Below, piece after piece: positions 1 to 8,194 of a stretch of 34,986 nucleotides of DNA. Positions within the stretch are counted from its first letter, which is position 1. Each line of letters begins with the position of its first letter. The DNA is from a virus (lineage: Duplodnaviria; Caudoviricetes): IMG/VR virus record IMGVR_UViG_3300020042_002920, positions 1 to 34,986 of that record, one strand, 5' to 3'. A program made the translations under genes and the position numbers. The notes beneath the pieces are model-generated. The model was not told where the DNA came from. It saw only the letters and a list, made by a program, of their open reading frames with translations, and searched no databases.

Positions 1-2
1 CG

Positions 3-47
3 TACGATCCTGACCAAGTAGATGCAATAGTTAACCAATACGTGTGA
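3..47 (+). CDS. 3' end of an upstream gene (partial, ...YDPDQVDAIVNQYV*)
   Basis: Open frame from the window edge to TGA at 45-47, overlapping the GAGG RBS of the portal gene. Identity cannot be determined. Confidence 0.4.
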   Translation, partial: YDPDQVDAIVNQYV

Positions 48-55
48 GGTAAAGA

Positions 56-2581
56 ATGGCAACCAAAAGACTACAAGACGATTTGCCTGAAGGCGAGAGT
101 GTGCAGCTAGAGGATGTTGACAACGAAGTTGAAGACACAGAAGATGGCGGTGCCATTCTGCGTGAGAAGAACGATGAAGACCACGCTACAAAGCTTGCAC
201 ACTTTGCCAACATAGTTGACGAAGTAGATCAAGACATGCTCAAGACTGCCATCAGTGACTTGATGGAAAAGATTGAGAACGATAAAGAAGCCCGCGAGAA
301 GCGTGACAAGCAGTATGAAGAAGGCTTGCGTCGTACTGGTCTAGGCGACGATGCACCAGGCGGTGCTCAGTTCACAGGTGCCAACAAGGTTGTGCACCCG
401 ATGCTTGTCGAGGCCTGCGTAGACTTCTCTGCACGCTTTATGAAGGAAGTCTTTCCTCCTAACGGCCCTGTCAAGAGCAAAATCTTAGGCATACGTGACA
501 AGTCTAAGATTCAGAAAGCTGAGCGTAAAGCTGAGTTCATGAACTGGCAAACGACTGAGCAGATGGTTGAGTTCCGTGGTGAGCTAGAGCAGCTTAGCAC
601 GCAGCTGCCACTTGGCGGAGGTCAATACCTAAAGTTCATGTGGAACCCGCTGCATCGCCGTCCTAACTCAGAGTTCATTGCAATAGATGACGTCTACTTG
701 CCATTTGCAGCAACTAACTTCTACACCGCTGAGCGCAAGACTCACGTGCAGTACATCACTAAGTTTGAGTATGGCAGGCGCGTTAAGTCAGGCATGTATA
801 TTGACGCAGACTTAGGAGTTCCTGATGATCCTGAGTTCAGCAAGTCAACGCAGGCTAACGATAAGATTGAAGGTCGTAAAGACCTGAGCTACAACGAAGA
901 TGGTCTGCGTACCATTTACGAAGTCTATACGTACCTTGACTTTGGCGATGGGCCTGAGCCGTATATCTTAAGCATTGACAAGTCGACCAACATGGGCTTG
1001 GGCTTGTACCGTAACTGGGAGCCTGATGATGAACGCCAACTTGAGCTTGACTGGATTGTAGAATTCCCTTTTATTCCATGGCGTGGTGCTTACCCAATTG
1101 GTTTGACACACATGATTGGCGGCCTGAGCGGTGCAGCTACAGGAGCTCTGCGTGCTTTGCTAGACTCAGCACACATTCAGAACGTGCCTACGCTGCTTAA
1201 GCTTAAAGGCGGTCCTGGCGGTCAGACTCTAAACGTCCAACCGACTGAAGTAGTTGAGATGGAAGGCGGAGCCTTGATAGATGACGTGCGCAAGCTTGCC
1301 ATGCCTCTGCCATTCAACGGCCCAAGCCCTACATTGTTCCAACTCTTAGGCTTCTTGGTCGATGCAGGCAAAGGAGTTGTGCAAACGTCCTTTGAAAAGC
1401 TGTCTGATCAGAATCCTAATCAGCCTGTCGGTACAACCATGGCTCTTATCGAGCAAGGCATGGTGGTATTTAGCTCAATTCACAGCCGCTTGCATGGCTC
1501 AATGGCTCGTTGCTTTAAGATTTTGCACCGCATTAACAGTGCTTACTTGACCATCGAGGACATTGAAGCTCAGTCGCAAGGCTTGGAGATTGATCCTTCG
1601 GACTTTGATGGCCCGATGGACGTTATCCCTATCAGCGACCCTGCAATCTTTAGTGAGACCCAGCGTTTTGCGCAGACGCAAGCCATCATGCAGCGTGCTT
1701 CTGCAATGCCGCAGATGTACGATGCGCGTAAAGTCGAAGAGATGTTCCTTCGCAATATGAAGGTGCCTGTAAATGAAGTTTTGCAGCCTTTGCCTGGCAG
1801 CGAAGACATGGACCCTGTCTCTGAAAACGTTGCAGCAGCAATGGGCCGTCCTGTTTATGTGCTGCCATCGCAAGATCACATGGCGCACCTGATGACTCAC
1901 ATGCCGTTCCTCAAGTCTCCTTTGTTTGGCTCAAACCCTGCCATCATAAAAACGTATCTGTACCCAATGGCTACTCACTTGCGTGACCACATACTTAACT
2001 ACTACTTGGTAGAGGCACACAATGCTGTTGATAAGGCACAAACAGAGGAATTAATTGCTGAAGAAGCAGAAGACCAGGTCAAAGTTATTTTAGAAGTGCA
2101 GAAGTTTATCGAGCAACAGCTTGCTGGCTTTGCTCAAGAGCTTGCACAAATCGATGAAGCTGCTCAGCAGTTTAAACCTCAGCCACCAATGCCGCCTGAT
2201 AAGACCATGGAAGTTGCGCAGCTCAATGCACAAGTCCAAGGCCAAGCAATGCAGCAGCGTATGCAGGTTGATCAGGCTAAATTGCAAATGGATCAGCAGA
2301 AAATGCAATCTCAGCAGCAACTTGAGCAGCAGAAAATGCAGTCACAGCAACAGCTTGAAACGGCTAAACTTTCTGCACAACAACAAGCTAACTTTGAGAA
2401 GACTCAAGCTGAGCAACTTAAACAACAAGCCGAGAACGAACGCCTTGCAGCTGAGCTGCAAGCCAGAGAGCGTATGAACACGGCTGATAACGATACGGCA
2501 AAACTTCTTGCTGCTGCAGAGATGGCAACAGGCGAGAAGGTTGCGTATAGCACCGGCACAGGCATTAACCCAAACCCTTAA
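56..2581 (+). CDS. Portal protein with long Q-rich helical C-terminal extension
   Basis: 841 aa, first gene of the head module. Portal-like motifs (VVHPMLVEACVDFSAR, GLTHMIGGLSGAATGALRALLDSAH, PVGTTMALIEQG). Q-rich coiled-coil tail as in P22-like barrel portals. Confidence 0.9.
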   Translation: MATKRLQDDLPEGESVQLEDVDNEVEDTEDGGAILREKNDEDHATKLAHFANIVDEVDQDMLKTAISDLMEKIENDKEAREKRDKQYEEGLRRTGLGDDAPGGAQFTGANKVVHPMLVEACVDFSARFMKEVFPPNGPVKSKILGIRDKSKIQKAERKAEFMNWQTTEQMVEFRGELEQLSTQLPLGGGQYLKFMWNPLHRRPNSEFIAIDDVYLPFAATNFYTAERKTHVQYITKFEYGRRVKSGMYIDADLGVPDDPEFSKSTQANDKIEGRKDLSYNEDGLRTIYEVYTYLDFGDGPEPYILSIDKSTNMGLGLYRNWEPDDERQLELDWIVEFPFIPWRGAYPIGLTHMIGGLSGAATGALRALLDSAHIQNVPTLLKLKGGPGGQTLNVQPTEVVEMEGGALIDDVRKLAMPLPFNGPSPTLFQLLGFLVDAGKGVVQTSFEKLSDQNPNQPVGTTMALIEQGMVVFSSIHSRLHGSMARCFKILHRINSAYLTIEDIEAQSQGLEIDPSDFDGPMDVIPISDPAIFSETQRFAQTQAIMQRASAMPQMYDARKVEEMFLRNMKVPVNEVLQPLPGSEDMDPVSENVAAAMGRPVYVLPSQDHMAHLMTHMPFLKSPLFGSNPAIIKTYLYPMATHLRDHILNYYLVEAHNAVDKAQTEELIAEEAEDQVKVILEVQKFIEQQLAGFAQELAQIDEAAQQFKPQPPMPPDKTMEVAQLNAQVQGQAMQQRMQVDQAKLQMDQQKMQSQQQLEQQKMQSQQQLETAKLSAQQQANFEKTQAEQLKQQAENERLAAELQARERMNTADNDTAKLLAAAEMATGEKVAYSTGTGINPNP
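2294..2359 (+). repeat. 33-nt tandem duplication encoding QQKMQSQQQLE x2
   Basis: 2294-2326 and 2327-2359 encode the same 11 aa with synonymous differences. Confidence 0.85.
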
Positions 2582-2591
2582 GGAGAACACC

Positions 2592-2729
2592 ATGAGCGAC
2601 AAACCAACACCAGGCACTGTTCCTATGACAGGTGCATTTGTAAAACAGAAACACCGCCTTGCGGCAGGCGAAAAACTAAATGGTCAGACCTTGCCAGCTG
2701 CGCCATCAACGCCTAAGACTCCTGCGTGA
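2592..2729 (+). CDS. Small hypothetical protein (45 aa)
   Basis: AGGAG at 2581-2585 precedes ATG 2592, a better start than 2508. Stop overlaps the next start (GTGA). Confidence 0.7.
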   Translation: MSDKPTPGTVPMTGAFVKQKHRLAAGEKLNGQTLPAAPSTPKTPA

Positions 2730-2923
2730 ATATTGAGTCACAACTTTTGAATCGCCTCAAGGCAGATCAGCAATCATTTGCTGTTGAAGCCTTGAAGCGT
2801 CCTCAAACTCGCGATACTTTCGAGTACGGGTATCGCGTTGGAATGGTTGCCGGTTATGAGGCGTCAATCAACGTGCTATTAAAACTTTTAGACGAGGAGA
2901 AAAACTTTGACAATGACCTATGA
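2726..2923 (+). CDS. Small conserved head-module protein (65 aa)
   Basis: Coupled to both neighbours. Lies between portal and GroES, a typical position for a short helical protein. Confidence 0.75.
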   Translation: MNIESQLLNRLKADQQSFAVEALKRPQTRDTFEYGYRVGMVAGYEASINVLLKLLDEEKNFDNDL

Positions 2924-3320
2924 GGACGCAATGGCGGAGGCTTTTCCAGCAGTAGATGCTGGCATTCAGCCTTTCGGGAGCCGTGTTCTGATTCAGATCC
3001 GTACACCGAAAAAGAAATCAGCTGGTGGTATCATCATTGACATACATGGTTCTAATGAAACTGAAAAGTGGAACACCCAGATTGGCAAAGCAATTGCCTT
3101 GGGCCCGCTGGCGTTTAAGAATCGCAATGACATGAAGAGTTGGCCAGAAGGTGACTGGTGCAAAGCAGGCGAATTTGTTCGCGTAGCTAAGTACGGTGGT
3201 GATCGCTGGGAAGTCAAGATTCCTGGCACAGACGATTCTGCAATGTTTGTTATTTTCAACGACTTGGATATTATCGGGCAGGTAACTGGCGACCCGTTAG
3301 CAATCCGAGCATTCATCTGA
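2907..3320 (+). CDS. groES: GroES-like co-chaperonin (Cpn10)
   Basis: IQPFGSRVLI...KKKSAGGIII mobile-loop motif, G-x-x-IALGP, KYGG and FNDLDIIG match Cpn10. GAGGAG RBS; the start could be 2913. Confidence 0.85.
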   Translation: MTMTYEDAMAEAFPAVDAGIQPFGSRVLIQIRTPKKKSAGGIIIDIHGSNETEKWNTQIGKAIALGPLAFKNRNDMKSWPEGDWCKAGEFVRVAKYGGDRWEVKIPGTDDSAMFVIFNDLDIIGQVTGDPLAIRAFI

Positions 3321-3333
3321 AAGGAGATGAGTT

Positions 3334-4302
3334 ATGGCTGAAGTTCTAAAAGAAGACGACGATGAAAAAGGTGGTAATGAGCAAATCGTTATCATTGAAG
3401 ATAAAAAAGATCTGACTAAGTCAGAGGAAGATCAAGACAACCATGAAGATGATCGCACTGCGTCTTCTGCTGATGAAGATGAAGGCGATGATGATGGCAA
3501 TGACCCTGAGCGTGCAGCAATCCGAGAGCGACGCCGACTTGAAAAGCTTGAGCGTAAAGACAGACGAGACCAAGCCATCAAGCGTGACAAACTTGAACTT
3601 GACTTCCTACGCAAACGCAATGATGACCTTGAGCGCCGTGTATCTGTTCAAGAACAACGCTCACACCAAGTAGACCTTGGCGGTTACGATCAGGCTATTG
3701 CCAAAGCAGCCGAAGAGATTGATCTAGCAGAGCGCGTCATTGCTAAAGCGGTCGAGTCAGGCAATGGTGCTGATGTAACTCAGGCCATGCGCTATCGCGA
3801 TCAAGCGATTCAAAAGGCTCAGCAGCTTCAGTATGCCAAGCAGCAAGCAGCGCAGCAGCGGCCACAACCGCAGGGTCAGCAGATTGATGACATGACCATG
3901 CACTACGCCAAAGAGTTCATGGCAGAAAATCCATGGTATGACTCACAAGGCCGTGACGAAGACTCTGCAATCGTTATTGCTATTGACCAATCTTTGGCCA
4001 AAGACGGGTTTAATTCACAGACTGAAGAGTACTGGGATGAATTGCGTAAACGAACTGCCAGGCGTCTGCCTGAAAAGTTTAAAAACCAACAAACCCGTGA
4101 AGTCAAGGAAGAACGCACACCTCGTGGCGGCCCTGCTGTAGGCTCTGGCCGTGAGCACGCGCCTACGACAACACGCAAGGAGATTTATCTCAGCCCAGAG
4201 CGTAAACAAGCTTTGATTGACGCTGGAGTGTGGGATGATCCTATTTTGCGTATGAAGTACGCAAAGCGCTATTCTGAGTACGATCGTGCCAATAGGGCAT
4301 AA
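3334..4302 (+). CDS. Probable capsid scaffolding protein
   Basis: Acidic N-terminus, long coiled coil, NPWY motif and short C-terminal helical domain (LSPERKQALIDAGV). Located upstream of the major capsid gene. Confidence 0.7.
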   Translation: MAEVLKEDDDEKGGNEQIVIIEDKKDLTKSEEDQDNHEDDRTASSADEDEGDDDGNDPERAAIRERRRLEKLERKDRRDQAIKRDKLELDFLRKRNDDLERRVSVQEQRSHQVDLGGYDQAIAKAAEEIDLAERVIAKAVESGNGADVTQAMRYRDQAIQKAQQLQYAKQQAAQQRPQPQGQQIDDMTMHYAKEFMAENPWYDSQGRDEDSAIVIAIDQSLAKDGFNSQTEEYWDELRKRTARRLPEKFKNQQTREVKEERTPRGGPAVGSGREHAPTTTRKEIYLSPERKQALIDAGVWDDPILRMKYAKRYSEYDRANRA

Positions 4303-4326
4303 ATTTACTCTTCTGAATTTTTAGTT

Positions 4327-4362
4327 TATAATTGATTCCAATCGCTGAAAGGAGCGAGTATT
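4327..4362 (+). promoter_or_regulatory. -10 box TATAAT plus hairpin sequestering the RBS
   Basis: TATAAT at 4327-4332. Stem TCGCT (4342-4346) / AGCGA (4353-4357) encloses AGGAG just before ATG 4363. Confidence 0.55.
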
Positions 4363-4893
4363 ATGACAGACGAACGCTTGAAAAAATCCGCAGGAGCAGG
4401 CCGTGAAAGTCGTGCGATGTTAGATCGCACAATCACACAAAACCGAGAGGTGACCGAAGACGAGCGGGTTGAAATGTTCCGTCAGCAGTTTTTTCAGTCC
4501 TCTTTACCGGACTTACCGAGACTCTCCGGCTGGCACATGTGCTGGCTGACCACGACTAACCCTCGTGACTCGATCCACATGCGGATCCGACTGGGCTATG
4601 AACCAGTTAAGCCAGAAGATGTTCCTGGCTGGGAATACGCAACCCTTAAAACGGGCGACTGGGCAGGGCTTATTGGGGTGAATGAGATGTTGGCTTTTAA
4701 GCTGCCTATTTCTCTTTATGAGAAGTACATGAAAGAGGCGCACCACGATGCTCCTCTACGTGAAGAAGAAAAACTGACCGATACGGCAGATTTTCTGGAG
4801 CAGCAAGCGCGTTCATCTAAGTCGCGGATTACGCAGGGAGATGGTAACCTGGAAATAGGACAACAACGGGAAGCTCAATTCGATCTTTCCTGA
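4363..4893 (+). CDS. Conserved head-module protein of unknown function
   Basis: 176 aa with RBS, W-L...GYEPV motif, located between scaffold and capsid genes. Confidence 0.75.
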   Translation: MTDERLKKSAGAGRESRAMLDRTITQNREVTEDERVEMFRQQFFQSSLPDLPRLSGWHMCWLTTTNPRDSIHMRIRLGYEPVKPEDVPGWEYATLKTGDWAGLIGVNEMLAFKLPISLYEKYMKEAHHDAPLREEEKLTDTADFLEQQARSSKSRITQGDGNLEIGQQREAQFDLS

Positions 4894-4924
4894 CGCAACC
4901 TTTTAATCCATTTAGGAGCAACCT

Positions 4925-5524
4925 ATGTCTTCGACTAGCGCACCATTTGGCTTTAGAGCGAGTTTCCACAACAGTGGTCAAATTCGACCTAAGGCTTACA
5001 CAATCGCCAGTGCTTATGCGGCTAATATTTTTAGCGGTGACCCCGTTAAATTGGTAGACGCCGGTACTGTGCAACTTGGCACCTCTGATGGTACCCGTTC
5101 AGGTACTGTTGCTGGTATTTCATTGCTTGGCATTTTTGCCGGTTGCCAATTTAACGATTCTTTGGGCAAACCAACGATATCTCCTTATTGGCCTTCAGGC
5201 ACAACGGGTACAGAAATCATTGCTTACGTATATGATGACCCTGAAACCTTGTTTAATGCACAGTACAGCAACCCAGGCACTCCTGGCACTACGACAATGC
5301 AAACTGCCGTTGGTGAAGAAATGGACTGGGTCGTGGCTTCACCTGGAGGTTCTACCTCAACAGGTTTGTCAACTACTCAAATCGGCGTCATTGAAACCAC
5401 ATCAGGTCAATTCCAATTGACCGGCTTTGGAAATGAAGTCGGTGATTCAATCACAGACGCGTATATTGTAGCGATTGTTCGTATCAACGAACATCAATAC
5501 AAAGCATCCGTCAACTCAATCTAA
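4925..5524 (+). CDS. Probable capsid decoration/cement protein
   Basis: 199 aa, beta-rich (APFGFR, IFSGDPV, YVYDDP, VRINEHQY), immediately upstream of the major capsid gene. Confidence 0.65.
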   Translation: MSSTSAPFGFRASFHNSGQIRPKAYTIASAYAANIFSGDPVKLVDAGTVQLGTSDGTRSGTVAGISLLGIFAGCQFNDSLGKPTISPYWPSGTTGTEIIAYVYDDPETLFNAQYSNPGTPGTTTMQTAVGEEMDWVVASPGGSTSTGLSTTQIGVIETTSGQFQLTGFGNEVGDSITDAYIVAIVRINEHQYKASVNSI

Positions 5525-5537
5525 GGAGGGTTAAAAA

Positions 5538-6452
5538 ATGGCTACCCCTATGCGAAGTACGGACTTTAGATCCGTAGTTGAGCCAATCCTCAACGAAGTG
5601 TTTGACGGTGTGTACGACCAACGTGCAGATGAATGGAAGATGGTTTTCCGTGAGCAAAAAGGCATTCCTCGTAACTACCACGAGGAACCTGTTTTGTACG
5701 GTTTTGGCGCTGCGCCTGAACTGCCTGACGGTATGGCTGTTACTTACCAATCTGGTGGTGTGTTGTTCCTGCAACGTTACCTCTACAAAGTCTACGGTCT
5801 GGCATTCAGCTTGACCAAAGTCTTGGTAGAAGACGGAGACCACATTCGTATCGGTCAAACCTATGCCAAACATTTGGCACAGTCTTTGATTGAGACTAAA
5901 GAAACTCTGTCAGCAAACGTTTTGAACCGTGCATTTAACAGTGCGTATGTTGGTGGTGACGGCGTATCGCTGATCAACACTGCACACCCTATTGTTAGCG
6001 GCACATTCAGCAACCAGCTAAGCACGGCTGCTAACTTGTCACAAACTTCACTTGAGCAGTTGCTCATCCAGATCCGCAACGCTGTTGACAACAACGGCAA
6101 GCGTATTCGTTTGACCCCTGAGAAGATTGTTGCAGGCCCTTCTAACGTGTTCCAAGCTGAAGTTCTGTTAAAGAGCGTTTTGCGTACAGGCACAGCCGAT
6201 AACGACATCAACCCAGTTAAGTCTATGGGCTTGCTGGCTGATGGCCAAGCTAACTTGTCACGTATCACCTCTTCTACCGCATGGTGGATTCAGACTGATG
6301 CACCAGAAGGCTTGAAGCTCATGATGCGTCGTGGCTTAGAGAAGTCTATGGAAGGTGACTTCGAGACCGACTCTATGCGCTATAAAGCTACTGAACGATA
6401 CACAGTGGGTTGGACTGACCCACGTGGCTTGTACGGTACAGCTGGCGTTTAA
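5538..6452 (+). CDS. Major capsid protein (HK97 fold, Mu gpT-like)
   Basis: 304 aa, strong AAGGAGG RBS. Motifs ANVLNRAF, GGDGVSL, EGDFETDSMRYKATERY, WTDPRG. Followed by a terminator. Confidence 0.9.
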   Translation: MATPMRSTDFRSVVEPILNEVFDGVYDQRADEWKMVFREQKGIPRNYHEEPVLYGFGAAPELPDGMAVTYQSGGVLFLQRYLYKVYGLAFSLTKVLVEDGDHIRIGQTYAKHLAQSLIETKETLSANVLNRAFNSAYVGGDGVSLINTAHPIVSGTFSNQLSTAANLSQTSLEQLLIQIRNAVDNNGKRIRLTPEKIVAGPSNVFQAEVLLKSVLRTGTADNDINPVKSMGLLADGQANLSRITSSTAWWIQTDAPEGLKLMMRRGLEKSMEGDFETDSMRYKATERYTVGWTDPRGLYGTAGV

Positions 6453-6454
6453 TA

Positions 6455-6491
6455 AAGAGGGGGACTTTGGTCCCCTTCTTTTATGTTTTTT
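6455..6491 (+). terminator. Rho-independent terminator
   Basis: AAGAGGGGGAC-TTTG-GTCCCCTTCTT followed by a T-rich tract. Confidence 0.85.
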
Positions 6492-6567
6492 CTGGGATTT
6501 TCCGGCGTATCTGACAGTACCCAGCTGACGTCATGCAGACAGATACCCACCAACTCGCATGAGAGGA
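6492..6567 (+). ncRNA. Structured RNA candidate with interleaved helices (candidate Mu-gpT-DE-type motif)
   Basis: Three perfect helices: CTGGG 6492-6496/CCCAG 6520-6524, GTATCTG 6507-6513/CAGATAC 6540-6546, TCATGC 6531-6536/GCATGA 6557-6562. Located downstream of a gpT-like capsid gene. Family assignment not verified. Confidence 0.6.
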
Positions 6568-6574
6568 ATTTAAA

Positions 6575-7048
6575 ATGGCTTCTACTACCTTTTCCGGCCC
6601 AGTAACGTCTACAAATGGCTTTATTGGCGCTTTGACCGGCAATGTGACCGGTAACGTAACAGGCAATGTTGCAGGTTCTGGCAGCATCACGCACGCTACA
6701 ACGGCTGCAATTAACGCCACAGCTACAGCCACCGCAGCAGAAGTTGCTACTGGCTACATTACATCCACTTCTGTTGGAACAGTCACCATCACTTTGCCAA
6801 CAGGCACTTTGTTGGGCGCAGCGCTAAGCGCAGCTAAAGGTACAATTTTTGACCTGTATGTTGACAACACCGCTGGCGCATCTGTTGTGACTGTTGCTGT
6901 TGCCACCAACGGCATTTTGTCTAGCGGTGCAGCAGACACTCCTGGTAGCTTTGGCGACTTGACCATTGCTGCTGGCGCAACGGGTTTGGCTCGTTTCACC
7001 ATCATGTTCTCTAGCGCAACGGCTTACGTTTTTACACGTACTGCTTAA
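6575..7048 (+). CDS. Virion structural protein (head fibre/decoration-like)
   Basis: A/T/G-rich, N-terminal TTFSGPV motif, GNVT repeats, directly after the capsid gene. Confidence 0.65.
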   Translation: MASTTFSGPVTSTNGFIGALTGNVTGNVTGNVAGSGSITHATTAAINATATATAAEVATGYITSTSVGTVTITLPTGTLLGAALSAAKGTIFDLYVDNTAGASVVTVAVATNGILSSGAADTPGSFGDLTIAAGATGLARFTIMFSSATAYVFTRTA

Positions 7049-7053
7049 TATTT

Positions 7054-7078
7054 ATCCAGGGCTTGTCCCTGGATTTTT
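7054..7078 (+). terminator. Rho-independent terminator
   Basis: ATCCAGGG-CTTGT-CCCTGGAT followed by TTTT. Confidence 0.75.
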
Positions 7079-7101
7079 AAACCAACGCTCAGGAGATACA
7101 C

Positions 7102-7512
7102 ATGGCAGATGCAGTAACCTCACAAACGATTCTTGACGGTGAGCGCTTGTTCATTGCCAAGTTTACAAACATTTCAGACGGCACGGGTGAAACCGCTGTT
7201 TTGAAAATTGACGTTTCTACGCTTGCTCCAAATTCTTTTAATTTGGCTTGCAACGGTGTCAAAATCAACAAAATTTTTGGAACAACCCATGGTATGGAGG
7301 TCCGCATTCTTTGGGATGCTACTACTGACCAGTTTGCATGGCAGATTCCACAAAACTCAAATTACCTGATGGACCTTTCGTCTTTTGGTGGTATTCCTAA
7401 CAATGCAGGCGCCGGTAAAACAGGCGATGTTTTGTTCACAACAGCTGATGCATCAGCCGGCGACATGTACAGCATTGTGCTTGAATGCACAAAAACTTAC
7501 GCCGAAGCTTAA
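7102..7512 (+). CDS. Probable virion structural protein
   Basis: 136 aa beta-rich protein, AGGAG RBS, in the structural cluster. Confidence 0.65.
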   Translation: MADAVTSQTILDGERLFIAKFTNISDGTGETAVLKIDVSTLAPNSFNLACNGVKINKIFGTTHGMEVRILWDATTDQFAWQIPQNSNYLMDLSSFGGIPNNAGAGKTGDVLFTTADASAGDMYSIVLECTKTYAEA

Positions 7513-7526
7513 GATAGAGGCACACG

Positions 7527-7772
7527 GTGACCGAAGACGCTATTCAAACAGCTCGTGAACTAGCTACTCATGCTTCTGACATTCGGCATTTGCAAGATGA
7601 TATGGACAAGATGCTAGAGAGCATGAAGGCCATGCAAACAACTTTGACTGCTATTGACAAAACCTTGTCAGAAGCCAAAGGTGGTTGGAAGATGCTAATG
7701 TTGGTTGGCGGCGCCGGAGGCGCTGTTGGGTCTTTTCTGACTTACTTAGCTAATTGGTTGCCCTCAAAGTAA
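7527..7772 (+). CDS. Coiled-coil plus C-terminal TM protein (XhlA/holin-like)
   Basis: GTG start with GAGG. Heptad N-region followed by KGGW and a hydrophobic segment. Confidence 0.6.
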   Translation: MTEDAIQTARELATHASDIRHLQDDMDKMLESMKAMQTTLTAIDKTLSEAKGGWKMLMLVGGAGGAVGSFLTYLANWLPSK

Positions 7773-7790
7773 ACACACAGGAGATATATC

Positions 7791-8117
7791 ATGACAGTCG
7801 GAAAAGTTAAAGATTTTGCTTTCTCATCAGGCAAAATGACTAAAGGTTTTGCTAAAGGCGGCAAAGTTTCTGAAGCCCCAAAAATGATGCGTAAAGAAGT
7901 CGTGGTGCGTGAAACCGTTAAAGCTCCATCAGCCCCTCAAGGAATGATTAAGAACCGTGGTACTTTAGGCGTCATGGGCAATAAGAATCCTGGAGAGACT
8001 AGCAAAAATACTGCCCCTAATTTGCCGGGTGAAAAAATGATGATGAACAAAGGCGGCAAAGCTATGATGGGTGGTGGCATGGCCATGAAAAAAGGCGGCA
8101 TGGCCAAGAAATGTTAA
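7791..8117 (+). CDS. Small basic K/M/G-rich protein with repeated xxKGG motifs
   Basis: FAKGG, MNKGG, MMGGG, MKKGG. AGGAG RBS. Confidence 0.7.
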   Translation: MTVGKVKDFAFSSGKMTKGFAKGGKVSEAPKMMRKEVVVRETVKAPSAPQGMIKNRGTLGVMGNKNPGETSKNTAPNLPGEKMMMNKGGKAMMGGGMAMKKGGMAKKC

Positions 8118-8130
8118 GCAAAGATTGAAT

Positions 8131-8194
8131 TATAATTTGTCAATACTGGGCGTGCTGAGACAGCTGCCATCTGACTACTAAAACGGGGTTAGTA
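8131..8194 (+). promoter_or_regulatory. TATAAT, GCTG-N3-CAGC element and RBS hairpin (copy 1)
   Basis: TATAAT 8131-8136. 24-nt core 8145-8168 is 18/24 identical to 21016-21039. Stem TACTAA/TTAGTA spans 8176-8194. Confidence 0.6.

Noticed and set aside
7668-7688. EAKGGW as another instance of the [FY]AxGG tag
   Set aside because: It lacks the aromatic or Met first residue and simply precedes a TM helix.
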